From Octopus sinensis (Eukaryota): DNA of 64,000 bases. Both the position numbers and the translations under genes were made by a program. Below, one piece after another: positions 49,886 through 62,265 of the stretch. The notes below the pieces were generated by a model. The model saw only the letters and a program-made list of their open reading frames with translations. It was not told the DNA's origin and made no database searches. The stretch is from positions 115,444,001 to 115,508,000 of the forward strand of contig NC_042999.1 of assembly GCF_006345805.1 (NCBI RefSeq), read 5' to 3'. How positions within the stretch are numbered: the stretch's first letter is position 1; every line of letters begins with the position of its first letter.

Positions 49886-51799
49886 GTAAGAGGATTCTCA
49901 AGATTATTTGTATCAATTTATTTTCAAATCCAAATTAAATTAGACTCAGCTGTTTAAAAAGGAAGAACAGAACAGATCATGTGGTCCTAGACAAACTGTA
50001 TCGGAAGAAAAAAGAAAAGACAGGAAGGTTGCAGTTAGAACATTTTGATCAAAGATAAATCTGCTGAATAAGAGGTGATTCTGGGTTCAGTAACAACAAC
50101 ACCGTCGTCGTTGACATCATCATCAGAAATCAGCAGTGGCAGAGCAGAGAATCCTCTGACTGTCAAAACAATATCCTGAGAATTTGGTAACTCGTGACCC
50201 ACAGCACTTCTCTGACAGCAAAACTAGTTTCTTAGTTGAGTCAAGAAAAAAGATGAGTAATGTTTTATAACTTTTCTTCTTTAAATTTGAAACAAGGTTA
50301 TTGCGGTAAATTTTTGCTTAAGTGGTGAGCTTTTCAAGCCTCTCATTCGAATATGATTCATTCAATCATGTGCTTAAGAACAAATTCAGACAAAACAAAA
50401 ATTGTTTACCTCAAAAGTGGAGTGAAAACATTACATACATACCCCTCTTTCTCTCCCACACGCATACACACACATATGCGCTCTCTCTCTCTCTCTTTTA
50501 CACATACATACATACACACAGATTTCCTCTTTTTCATACACACACATACACTCACATACAAACTCTCTCCAGTGTCCCACTTTCTGATGGAACAAAATTC
50601 TGAAACGTTAAATTCTACACTTCTTATTGAATTCTTCTACCACTAATTTACCAATAGACAGATTGTTACTGAAACAAGCATTAATTAATTTCTTTGGTTG
50701 TGTATTTTACTCTATTTGTTTCCGTTAGTTTTCAAATAACTTCAAAAGCAAGAGTTGAATATGTACGAGGACATAGACATAATAAGTACCACATATTTGA
50801 AACTCAGTCAGTATGGTGTATATTTTTCTGTTGCAAATTAATAATTATTATCTTTAATATAATTTCAGACTGAAAATCTTAGTAATCAGGTTCATTTGAA
50901 AATATTCCTGAAGTAAAAAAAGGATAAAAAAAATCTTTAAGCTTGTTTGTAAAATGAAATAATAATGAACAAAATGAATAATAATAATAATAACTACACT
51001 CACTGAGTGGTTGGCGTTAGGAAGGGCATCCAGCTGTAGAAACACTGCCAGATCAGACTGGAGCCTGGTGCAGCCTTCTGGCTTCCCAGACCCCAGTTGA
51101 ACCGTCCAACCCATGCCAGCATGGAAAGCGGACGTTAAACGATGATGATGATGATGATGATGATATACTAACATGATTAGTTGGTAATGATGTTGAGCTG
51201 ACGTTTTTTGCTGTGAGCACATGATACTTCCTGCTCAGACTGATCAGCTTTGTCTCATTTGCACAGCAGTACATAAGTTGACATCTTTGTTAATTACCAT
51301 TGTACTAAATAACATTTTTCAGTAATTTAAAATGTAACATTGTATCTCTTTATTCTATGGCTAGCATTAGCTTTTTATTAAGCTAGTTATTAATCTCTCT
51401 GTGAACAGAAGATGGATATTTCTTTTCGGGTTAAGGATGAACACTAGTTAGATAAACGCCTTTTTTTCCTGCTCAAAGAGAGATAAAACCTGCAGTTTAC
51501 TTTCACAGCAAAGCTAAAATTTTATGTTTATGCTCCCTCTCTCTCTCTCTCCATGTGTGTATGTATATACACATATATATGTGTATGTATGTATGTATAT
51601 ATGTACGTATATATCTATGTACCTAGCTACCTTCTGACCTACCTACCCATTCAACCAACCAATCTCTCTCTTTCTCTAATTCAAATAAAAAGAGAAAGAT
51701 CAAACACCAACGGGGAATATAGTCATTATAGATGTATTATATTTATGAATTTCTCTTGCAAGATTCCTGATGTGAAGTCGTGTGTTGAAACAGATATTG

Positions 51800-52950
51800 T
51801 TGTATTTCAGGATGATCACTTTTTTGTTTGTCTGCCAAATAAACCCACGCACTATATATTCGTTATTCACTTGTTTATTACTGTTCTTATTCTAACTCAT
51901 GTTCCGGAAATCTTTCGCCACACATCTGTGACCTCTTCAGCAACACTTTCCGTCTTCGTGTGTGCCCTTACTCCACTTATTTCATCCTGTTCTTCTATCA
52001 TGTGTATCCTTATATGCGCATGCATTTGTGTCCGTGTTTGTGAGTGTGTGTGTGTCATTGTTCTTAATAGCTCTACGACCTTCCTCTCAACCCCATCCCC
52101 TCCCCCGTTGTTGTTGCTGCTGTCTTAGGACCTGAAATTTGGAACAGTTTCTGTGTCTCTCTGTGTTTGTGTGTTCGCTCCGCTGTGGCCATCATGGTTG
52201 TTGTTGCTGTTGTTATTGCCATTGTTGTCACTGCTGTTGCTATTGTCATTATTCGTGTTCTTGATAGTGTTGTGGCCATCTGTGGAGTTATTGTATGTGT
52301 GTTTGTGTGTGAATATAGGTTCGCTTCCTATGTTGTTTGCATCCCTGCCTTTATATCGATTTTTTTTTATTCATTTATTTATTAAAAAAAAGATCTATAT
52401 AAAGGGCAGGGACACAAACAACATGGAAAGCGAACCTAGATACACACACAAAAACTTCACAGACAGCCACAACAATATCAATCCATGAATAACAACAAAA
52501 ACAACAGCAGTGACAACGATGGCAATAACAACAACGACAACAACAACCATGATGGCAGCGGTGTGGGCGAACACAAACACAGAGGGGTACATGAACTGTA
52601 CCAAATTTCGGGTCCTAGGATAGCAGCAACGACAACGGGGGAGGGGATGGGGTCGGTCATAGAGTGATTAAGAACAATGATGCACACACATACACATGTA
52701 CACACACACATATACGGACGCAAACACATGTGCATATAAGGATACACATCATAGAAGAACAGAATGAAATAAGTGGCGCAAAAGCACATACAAAGACGGA
52801 AAGTGTCACTGAAGAGGTCACAGATGTGTGGTGAAAGATTTCTGGACAATGAACATGAGTTAGAATAAGAACAGTAATAAACGAGTGAAGAACGAATACA
52901 TAGTGCGTGTGTTTATTTGGCCAAAAAAAAAAGGGACCATCCCAGAATGC
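51800..52950. repeat. Fold-back palindrome, two diverged arms of about 560 bp with a spacer of about 15 nt
   Basis: Left arm GGATGATCAC...ATCCCTGCCTTTATAT; right arm ATATAAAGGGCAGGGA...GGACCATCC; mirrored low-complexity ORFs 52073-52279 (-) and 52485-52667 (+). Confidence 0.92.
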
Positions 52951-55929
52951 AATGATAGACGTATTATAGTCATGCTATTTAGTTCTCTTTAGTTTTGGGC
53001 TGCAGGCCCAATTAGCCCTTGACATGGAGGGCAGCTTTTAAGCAAGTATATATATAAATATGTATACATGTGTGTGTGTGAGTGTGTAGTTTTATTAAAA
53101 AAACATACATACATGCACACAGAGCAAGAAGTATACAGGAGACATAAACATATTTAATATACTGCTTGCACTGCAGAACATGTCCTTCATCAGGTGTCGA
53201 GTGGAAATGACAATGGCTTTGTGAATTTCCGTCTGTAGTATTCCGTCCAGCAGTACCAAAAGACATTTATCTTTTAACATGGAATGTTCACATCCTTTTG
53301 GGTCTTACTGCAGCAAGTTTATCTCTACACATTTTTCTGTCATACACGCACTCACCAAACGAAATATGGGACAGTGATGTTGCTAGAGAGTATGCTGCTC
53401 AGGAAAGCCCTTGAGCTCTCTGGCCCCGGTCCCATCCCCGATACCGGCTTATACAGCAGACCCAAAAGTGCTCCCTGAGGTGGTTCGCCCCTCGATCTCC
53501 ACCTAGCTACGCTACTGATGTAGTGTAGCTTAACCATTGCATTCAGATTGTGCCTATTTCATTATATATTTATATTTATATTTACATGCCAGTGGCACGT
53601 AAAAAGCACCAATCCGATCGTGGCCGTTGACAGCCTCACCTGGCACGTAAAAAGCACCCACTACACTCTCAGAGTGGTTGGCATTAGGAAGGGCATCCAG
53701 CTGTAGAAACACTGCCAGATCAGACTGGAGCCTGGTACAGCCTTCTGGCTTCCCAGATCCCCGGTCGAACCGTCCAACCCATGCTAGCATGGAGAGTGGA
53801 CGTTAAACGATGATGATGATGATGATGATATTTATATATTTAGAAATAGATAATGCAAATAATATAAAGAAAACTCACCTGACAAGATACTTCATATGAA
53901 CTGCATATTTTAGTTTTTGATAGAGCATCTAAATATCTGGTTCTCCTTGCCTGAATGGAATGCTCTATTTGTTTCTGTGTTATATACCTGATTAAATTTT
54001 CACATTCATCTGTTTTCTCTGTATCTCTTCTCATGGAATTGGGGACATGGGATTCTTTTTCACAGAACATTATGAAGCAGAAAAGTTGCTTATACTTGTT
54101 TCTACCTTCTATTTGTTTAATTTGTTTCTATTCCTGTCAGCCTGTAGGTTACGCTTGATGGTTTGTGGGAGGTGTATTCAACGACAGTATTATCCTCAAT
54201 TAGATGTTGGTAGCGGTTTGTTACAGCTGGAACAATGGATTTGTAGCTTGTATTGGCAGTTTCTATCAAGGTTCAATGACACAGCTTCTGTATGAAGAGT
54301 AATGAATTCATTTTATGAAACAATTTAAGATTTGCATGTCACTTTCGTACACTTGATCACCATCTCAAAGTCTTTGACTCTATATAGAAAAATAGAAATA
54401 AAGTAATAAGATGAAACAATAATCGTTTTATAATGCTGATTATGGTAGGTGTAATAAGAAGAACCTGACGTTTCAGAATTGACCTCTTGTCTGTGTGTGT
54501 GTGTGGCATGGGTTGGACAGTTCGACAGCGTCTGGTTTAGATGAACCAATATCTCTTTTAGTATTCTTTATATGGCTTGATGCCCTTCCTAACGCCAATC
54601 ACTTAACAGAGACTACTGGGTACTTTTGCATTGCCCCAGCACGAGTGATTGCCTTGTAACTTGCAAGGGTAAGGCTCGTGGCTGACCGCTATAACGGTGG
54701 GAGAAAGAGAGAGAGAGAGAGAGAGAGAGGGAGGGAGAGAGAGTTTTTCTTGGGAAGAGTACTTTCTTCTACATCCTCATTTTCCTTTCTAATTAGAATT
54801 TGAGAAAATCGATGAGGGCTTGAGCAAAGAGGAGGGTGCTTATCCTCAATCCTTTCAATCCCATTCACCACACATCCATCACTTTCTTAAAAGTGCATTC
54901 GTCCTACACGTTGCAACAGCTGTTTGGCATGACTTCACAAGTCAGCAATCTGCATGCAATACAGTTTCATCACTCTGCAGGCATCTCAGACAGTCCAGAA
55001 TAGCAGTTCTTCCTTATCTGTGTAGAGTTTATCTCAAATCAGTAGTGCCACACAGTAGCAATACCTGACCAAGGATTTCTGAAAATTATTCACAGTAGGC
55101 TTTGACAATGACAACGATAGCAACGGTGGCAACTTCAACGACAATGAATTCATTTATTAGGCACAAGAGTCCAATATATTGAAGACAATCGCATACAAAG
55201 GATGAAATATAAGCAACAAGGGGTTTAAATCAACGAAAAGGAAATTAAGGAAAAATTATCCATAACAAAATATGGTGGTGGTAGTAGTAGTGGGAGGAGG
55301 AAGAGAGGGAGGCGGTGATTTGGTGGAGTTGTTAGAGTGTAACACAAAGTGCCCTGAGTTCAAAACCGCCGAGATCAACTCTGCCTTGCGTCCCTACACG
55401 GTAAAAACAAAATAGAGGGGATCAATTTATCGAATGGTTCCCTTCCCCTAAAAACGTGACTTTGTGCCTATATGAGAAAGCATTACATTATTTTGTCGAA
55501 GCATCTAGACAATAAAGAGTTGGGAATCTGTGATTGTTGTTTGTGAAACTAAGAAAACTTTGAAGGACTGAGAGTAGTGTTGGTGTTATTGCAGAGAATT
55601 TCTTATTTGAATCACGACAGGAACACTTGTGCTATGACACTCACTATTTATATTCAACGTGATTATATAGTCTGCTTATTACTGTACTGTTCTAGTCATA
55701 TTTAACAGTCAAAGAATAGGGAAAGTGGTAACAAGATGGCGAGCATGCGCTGCTTGTGTGAATGTACCTATGAATATTACAAATCAGTGGAGCTAAATAA
55801 ATGTACAGAAAATGTTGTGGCTTTTGTAATTAAATCATAAGCCGAATCTTATGCAAATCAATGACCCAAATGACTGGGAGTGGGGTGTTGTCTTCTTAGT
55901 GTTTCAGTAAACAGTATAATATGCTTTGA

Positions 55930-56400
55930 GGGATATTTGGACGTGGTAACTATAAGCCAGATTAGGATATCTGAGATGAAATTACTCGTTTCCTTTCTAG
56001 GCAGCTATGACATCTACACCTCTTTCAGTTAAATTCAACTGAATTACACAGTTGTGTTGTTTCGGAAAGGCCTGTACCTGGAAGTCACTACAGATTTCCT
56101 AGAATTTATCTGCAGTTTCAGATAGTTGGCTACACGGACCACAAATTCATGACCTAAATCAACTTAAAATGGACTAACAGAATGGGAGATGGTTACAGGA
56201 AACTGAACATGCTCTTTTTGGTGCAGGAAGATTTCAGGGCTTGGATTGATGCAATTTTAGCCTTATATTTTGTTCTTGTATTAACCTCAATGTCTTGGGC
56301 TCTTGTAATCAATGGCAAACTGATATGGATGTCTTTTAAGCGACACGTCTTTCTGCTGTTTGTCTCTTTGACCAACCTGCACACATGGGGGTGGGGATGG
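55930..56400 (+). mobile_element. Possible Tx1/L1 APE endonuclease remnant
   Basis: LDVVTISQIRIS...VVLFRKGL pattern; heavily decayed. Confidence 0.3.
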
Positions 56401-56749
56401 GGCAAGCGTAGACTGAGGTTAGACGTTTGGCATCTGGAGTGTTGCTAGGCGCTTACTCCATTCTACTAGCTGGACAATGCCATCAGCAGGAAAACAACAA
56501 CAACTACTACTACTACTACTACTATTTTGTTGGCCTCAAAGGTCGCAAAAACACATTATGACGATACAGTGACAAAAGACAGTAGGTGTGTTCATAAACA
56601 AGTGTAAACGATAAAAAGAATAGCAACAAAATTCCAATTACCATCCAAAGGTAACCAAAGAGCACAAGTCCTGAATCATTCAGCTCACCAGGGTTATTAT
56701 AGCAAGTGCTTCTCTCTCTTTCGTACTGTTCAACCTACAGGTGAATGCT

Positions 56750-57832
56750 TAGATTAGGTCCGTTCACCTGGATCATTCACCCACTTTTTTACAAATTTAC
56801 TGGTGGGAGGAGGTAGCACCTCCCTCTCCATCTTCAATTTCCTTCCCAAATGGAACTTCAACAAGCCAATGTGGGCTTGGCCGAAAAGGAAATTGTCTGT
56901 CTTTAGTCTTTCAGTCGTGTCCAGCACACAACCTTTTTTGTCATAACCACCAGCCAAAAAAGGAAAACTGCTTGCCCTTCCTTGACAAAGAAAGATAGTG
57001 TGGCTATCTTCACGAGGGTGTCGGCCGATAACCAGATCCATCCTACATGTGATAGCAGCTGTTCGAGGTAACTTCACAAGTCAGCAATGCAGTGCATGCA
57101 GGACAGTTTCACTGCTCCATGCATATCTCGAGCAGGTTCAGTTGACAGTATTGCTATGCCTGTAGAGTCTATCCCGAACTGGCAATGCCTCCCGGTAACA
57201 CCTCGAAGCCAGAAATTTTTGGAAGTTATCTATGGGCTCTGACCTGAAAGCCCAGCCAATTGAATTTCATTGACACCGAAAGTTTACCCGAGGATGCCGT
57301 CACTCTTACCCACCTCAAATTCTCTATGGAACTCTATGGTGGAACAGCCACTGACCGCATTGCATGACTGGCAAAGGGTTGCGAGTGTCTTACTGCACTT
57401 TAGGTGCCAGGCGCCTTGCCGTGGTCAATGGTTGATCTAGGGCTGCAGTTCTGTCATAGAGACGAGCTGTAGAAAAGTGTGGCTAACAAAAGGGTGACCA
57501 CACCTGGTCACTGTTAAGGAAACGATGTTTGCACATCATTAGTGACGACATTCCCTGTCCTCCACACAATGGATGCTAACAGCGAATGGACTGTTTGACC
57601 TCTTCACAGAAAGCCGAAGATCAAGCATTCCATTCTGGTCAATCATGAAGTGGGGTAAGGTGCGAGTGGTAATAGAAGAGGACAGCAAAGTAGGAATTCA
57701 CCACCTCCAGCCATTTAGTTTCTTCTCCAGTAGTAGTAGTAGTAGTAGAAGAAGGAGAAGGAGAGGAAGAAGGAGAAGGAGAGGAAGAAGAAGAAGAAGA
57801 AGAAGAAGAAGAAGAAGAAGAAGAAGAAGAAG

Positions 57833-57865
<33 letters not shown>

Positions 57866-58330
57866 CAGCAATGAGATCTTGGAGTAAAAAGAAAGTGTGT
57901 GTCTTCAATTTTTTCAGTCGCTTCACTTGCGTCCACCATATAATTTCTTTTGTCATAACCTCCAGTCTGGGTAAAATTGCCTACTCCTTTTCAGTGAAAG
58001 GAAAGCGCTGGTATGCTCTTCAAAAGTAACTTTGATAAAAAGCACAATCCATCCTATCCGCAACAGCAGGTGATCGACGAAACACTGCAAAGTTAGTAAT
58101 GCTTAGAAACTGAACGAAGACGTGCAGAGCAGTTTTATCGTTTTGCACACATCTCAAGCAGGCCTGTCTGTCGAAACTGCTGCTTGTGCAGAGTTTATTT
58201 CGAACGAGCAAACAACCGTTTGTAGCACGGTCAGTTCGAGGATCTCCAGAAGATAGCCATAAACCCATCCCGAGTTGAAAGTCTTCAAGACAAGAGCAGC
58301 TAGTTGATTTTCATTGACACAGTTTTCTCG
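56750..58330 (-). mobile_element. Two Tx1/L1-type ORF2 C-terminal (zf-RVT) fragments separated by a GAA repeat; third copy at 54860-55095
   Basis: FQKFLASRCYREALPVRDRLY...TCSR...ETVLHAL (57100-57240) and CLLVRNKL...CLRCVQNDKTALHVF (58120-58220). Confidence 0.7.
57745..57862 (+). repeat. (GAA)n / purine-only tract
   Basis: Directly visible, about 120 bp with no pyrimidines. Confidence 0.95.
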
Positions 58331-60335
58331 AGAACGCCACCGCTGACCTCGCCATCACTAGTTCTCAGATATCGTACTATCTTAACCTTGACAATAATAA
58401 TAAAAAAAAGAGTATGTTAAAAAATGGTACACAGACATCTCCGCCCTCACTCACTTACCTGAAGAAAGTTGGCGCATGAAATGTGTGTGTGTGTGTGTGT
58501 GTGTGTATGGATGGATGTTGTATGTATGTATGTATGTATCTGAAGATGTGTGCGTATGTATATGTTTGTGATAGAGTGACAGAAAGAGCGACGAGGGAGA
58601 GAGAGAGCAACATAGCGTGCGTAAGATTATATTTATAATTTAGTTAGAGAACGTGGCACATAGCTTACGTAAACACACTAGTGGGTTTTAACTTGTATGT
58701 ACGTACGTACGTATGTATATATGTATGTATGTATGATGTGCATGCATGTATGTATGCATGTACGTACATATGTATGTGTATGCATATACGTACGTGTGCC
58801 TGTATGTATACGTGTGTATCGAGGTGTGCACGCATAGGACTATCCAAATATGGGTTTCAAATTAATCTAACATGTTAGACTGAAGTTTTATATCGATATC
58901 TTACACGTACACCCCCCCCCCTCTCATACGCGTGCTTTCATGCAGACACTGATTCACATATCCCAAACAATATACATGAATGTATAAATATATATATACA
59001 CACAAATTACACATCTAATCTCAAATACTTGTGCACATAAGCACGCACACACATACACGCTGTGACAAACACGTACACGCACCACGCACACACAAATGTC
59101 CCAGACGTGTTATTAACGTCCGCATCCATCCTGTCTAAAAGAGAATCACACATACACACACACACACAAAGATAATAAATGGATCGAATGCGGGACATTG
59201 AACTTGGGTGATGATGATGATTAATAAGCTAACTCACGAGCAAAATCTGTCGTTCATTATCATTGTTTTTGCTGAACTTGTAGTCTTGATGCTCGGGTAT
59301 CACTCGAATACCGACTGATACTAAATACAAAGTCCGCAATTAGTTGTTTCTCGATTCATTCGTCAGCTTTCACGCTCTTTCTTTCTTTCTATCTTCCTCG
59401 TTTTCTCTTTTGCCTTCTCTCATCCTCTCGTCTTATATTTTTGTTGTGATAACGTTCGCAATAATACTATGAGCGAAATAAAAAGGCACTAATATTAAAA
59501 AAAAAAAGAAAAAATATAAGGTTAGAGTGAAAGGTCTGTTCTGTAGTTCACGATGACAAGTATTTCGTTATTAAGATATTCATTTTTGTCCTTGCCGAAG
59601 TCCAAAGACAAGGTCGTAAGGCCGTGAAACTCAAGCTATAATGTTTTAAGTCGGCTGGCTTATATAATATATATAAAATTATAATCAAGGGTATCTAAGA
59701 GATATCACCATGCTAGAAATAGCAGCCAAAACTTTACTCTAAAACCACATTAAATGTTTATACAGCACCAGGAGAGAAAACAAAGAGACAAAATAAACTA
59801 GCAAAAAAAATTACTGGATAATTCCAGATCTCGGATTTCTGACTCTGTGGAATATATGCAGATAGCACATAAATACAAATATATATATATAAACAACATA
59901 TGAACACTTACATATACGAACGTATACATATATACGTATGCACACGACCTGTTTAAATTGCCCGCCTAAAAACTCGTGCGATATGGTCAAAATACCATCG
60001 CAGTGAATATAATGACGAAATAAATATATAAATTTATATAAATAAGGATAAGATCGTTATTTAAAATACCGATCTTATTTCCCAACTTACAGTTAGTTTT
60101 GTTTAATGGAAATAAAAACTTCAAAGGTAATAATTATTATTAAAAATATAATTAAGGGTATCTAAGAAATACCACCATGCTAGAAATAGCAGCCAAAACT
60201 TGACTCTAAAACCACATTAAATGTTCATACAGCACCAGGAGAGAAGACAAAGAGAAAAAATAAACTAGCAAAAAAATTACTGGTGCTGTATGAACATTGA
60301 ATGTGGTTTTAGAGTCAAGTTTTGGCTGCTATTTC

Positions 60336-60762
60336 GGATCTTTTCGGTTTGAACAGCAGTTTTTTCTAGCGGTGTCGTATGAAATTGTCACCCATAATTA
60401 TGACCCTAGTATCGATCTATTGCATTTCAATCTGTTTTAGGGTTAGGGTTAGTTAGGGTTAGGGGTGGGGGAAGGGTATCTTTTTTCTTCACAAATGTAA
60501 ATAAACCCAATCTGTTTCTTAAACGAAGGACATATTCATACGGCACAGAATGTTTTTTTTTACCTCAATAGACGTCATTGATTGGTTGAAATTGCAGAAA
60601 TTGAAGAAAAAACAACAAATATCTTACAAATTATAGAATTTTCTCAATAAAGCCAAGAGAAAAAGATGTTTTATAAACATATTCTACCAGTATACGAAGT
60701 TTTAAAGTGTTTAGTTACGTGGAAATTATTTTTAAAAACTGCCGTTCAAACCGAAAAGATTC
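60336..60762. mobile_element. MITE with about 29 bp TIRs, 8 bp TSD and internal TTAGGG repeats
   Basis: TIR G(G/A)ATCTTTTCGGTTTGAAC(A/G)GCAGTTTTT; TSD GCTATTTC at 60328-60335 and 60763-60770. Confidence 0.9.
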
Positions 60763-61080
60763 GCTATTTCTGTGTGAGAGAGGGAGGGAGAGAGAGAGAG
60801 ATACCTATTTCTTTATTACCCACAAGGGGCTGAACATAGCGGGGACAAACATGGACAGACATAGATATTAAGTCGATTATATCGACCCCAGTGCGTTCAG
60901 CCCCTTGTGGGTAATAAAGAAATAGGTATATCTCTCTCTCTCCCTCCCTCTCTCACACATTCACACACACACACATACATATATGTACACATGTGTATGT
61001 ATATATATATATATATATACACACGTGCACGTATATATACATATATGTTGTGGTGCACCTGAGCACTGTATACAATAATT

Positions 61081-61084
<4 letters not shown>

Positions 61085-61135
<51 letters not shown>

Positions 61136-61760
61136 CATTATTATTATACCTGCCTGCCTGCCTACCTACCTACCTATTTACCCACCTACCTACCTACCTA
61201 CCTACCTACCTACATACATACATATATACATATAGCTCGGTATTAACCCTTAAACAAAATAAGCACGTGCTTAGAGTATCAAGGGAAGAGGGGCTACCAC
61301 AGAATTGGTAAATGATTTACGACACGGAAAAAAAAAAAAAAAATTAAAGCCACTTTAAACTTGCTAAAATAATCTTCGAAGTGGTTTATACGATCGGAAA
61401 TATAATTTCGAAGAGTTTATGGTGTCATAGTGAAAATCTGATCAAAAGCTATATAATTAAAAAAAAAGAAAGAAAGAAAAAGAAAGCATTTAAAATTATA
61501 AAAAAAAGTGGAAGTATACGAAAATGAACATTATTTCCCAACTTACAATTAGTTTTGTTTAATTTTGAAAGCCAAAATAATAATTTTATGGTTTATTATT
61601 GTTTACGTTTTGAATTACATATGTATGAGGGCACCAAAAATCTTTTAAATACTTCGATCTTCTATGGGTCTTAATTTGGTCCTGCATACATACATACATA
61701 CATACATACATACATACATACATACATACATACATACATACATACATACATACATACATA
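61085..61760. repeat. Microsatellite cluster (ATT)n, (CTAC)n, (TACA)n
   Basis: Directly visible. Similar tracts at 35390-35650, 46200-46250, 58480-58830 and 62000-62070 explain many short ORFs. Confidence 0.95.
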
Positions 61761-62014
61761 CACACGCAAGTATACACATACACATATTTATAAATATAGT
61801 GACTTCGGAGTTTTGGCCTGCTAGCTTTCATCGGACTGTTCGATGAAGGCGAGTAGGTCTGTCACTGTTCTTGTAAAAGTATAATAAATATTGTACTCCA
61901 CACAACATGTTTAGTAATTTTTCTGTTTAATGTAATATTATATTTATTATAACTCGAACTAAAAACAAACATTAATGTGAGTGTGTGTGGATACATTCAG
62001 ATATAATATATATA

Positions 62015-62078
<64 letters not shown>

Positions 62079-62265
62079 CACACACAGGGTGGCCCAAAAG
62101 TAGGTTTTCAGTCATTCAACTATCTCTTTCGCATTCATATATTCATAACAGTTTAGATCTTATTTATAAAAAAAATGTGAAACCATTATTCTATGCTAAT
62201 TTCATTAATTTGGTCAAGCTCCCTTTTCAGTTTGTAAGATAGAAATTTAAATGTAATAAAATGTT

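Noticed and set aside
51553-52849. Long ORFs (191, 123 and 111 aa) as genes
   Set aside because: Low-complexity products of microsatellites and the palindrome arms.
53130-53200. Further hammerhead (CUGAUGAAGGAC... on the minus strand)
   Set aside because: No GAAA box or cleavage triplet follows the putative stem II.
57573-57956. Poly-Arg, poly-Ser and poly-Phe ORFs
   Set aside because: Translations of the GAA tract.
60437-60465. Interstitial telomere or chromosome-fusion scar
   Set aside because: Only four to five units, inside a MITE with TIRs and a TSD.
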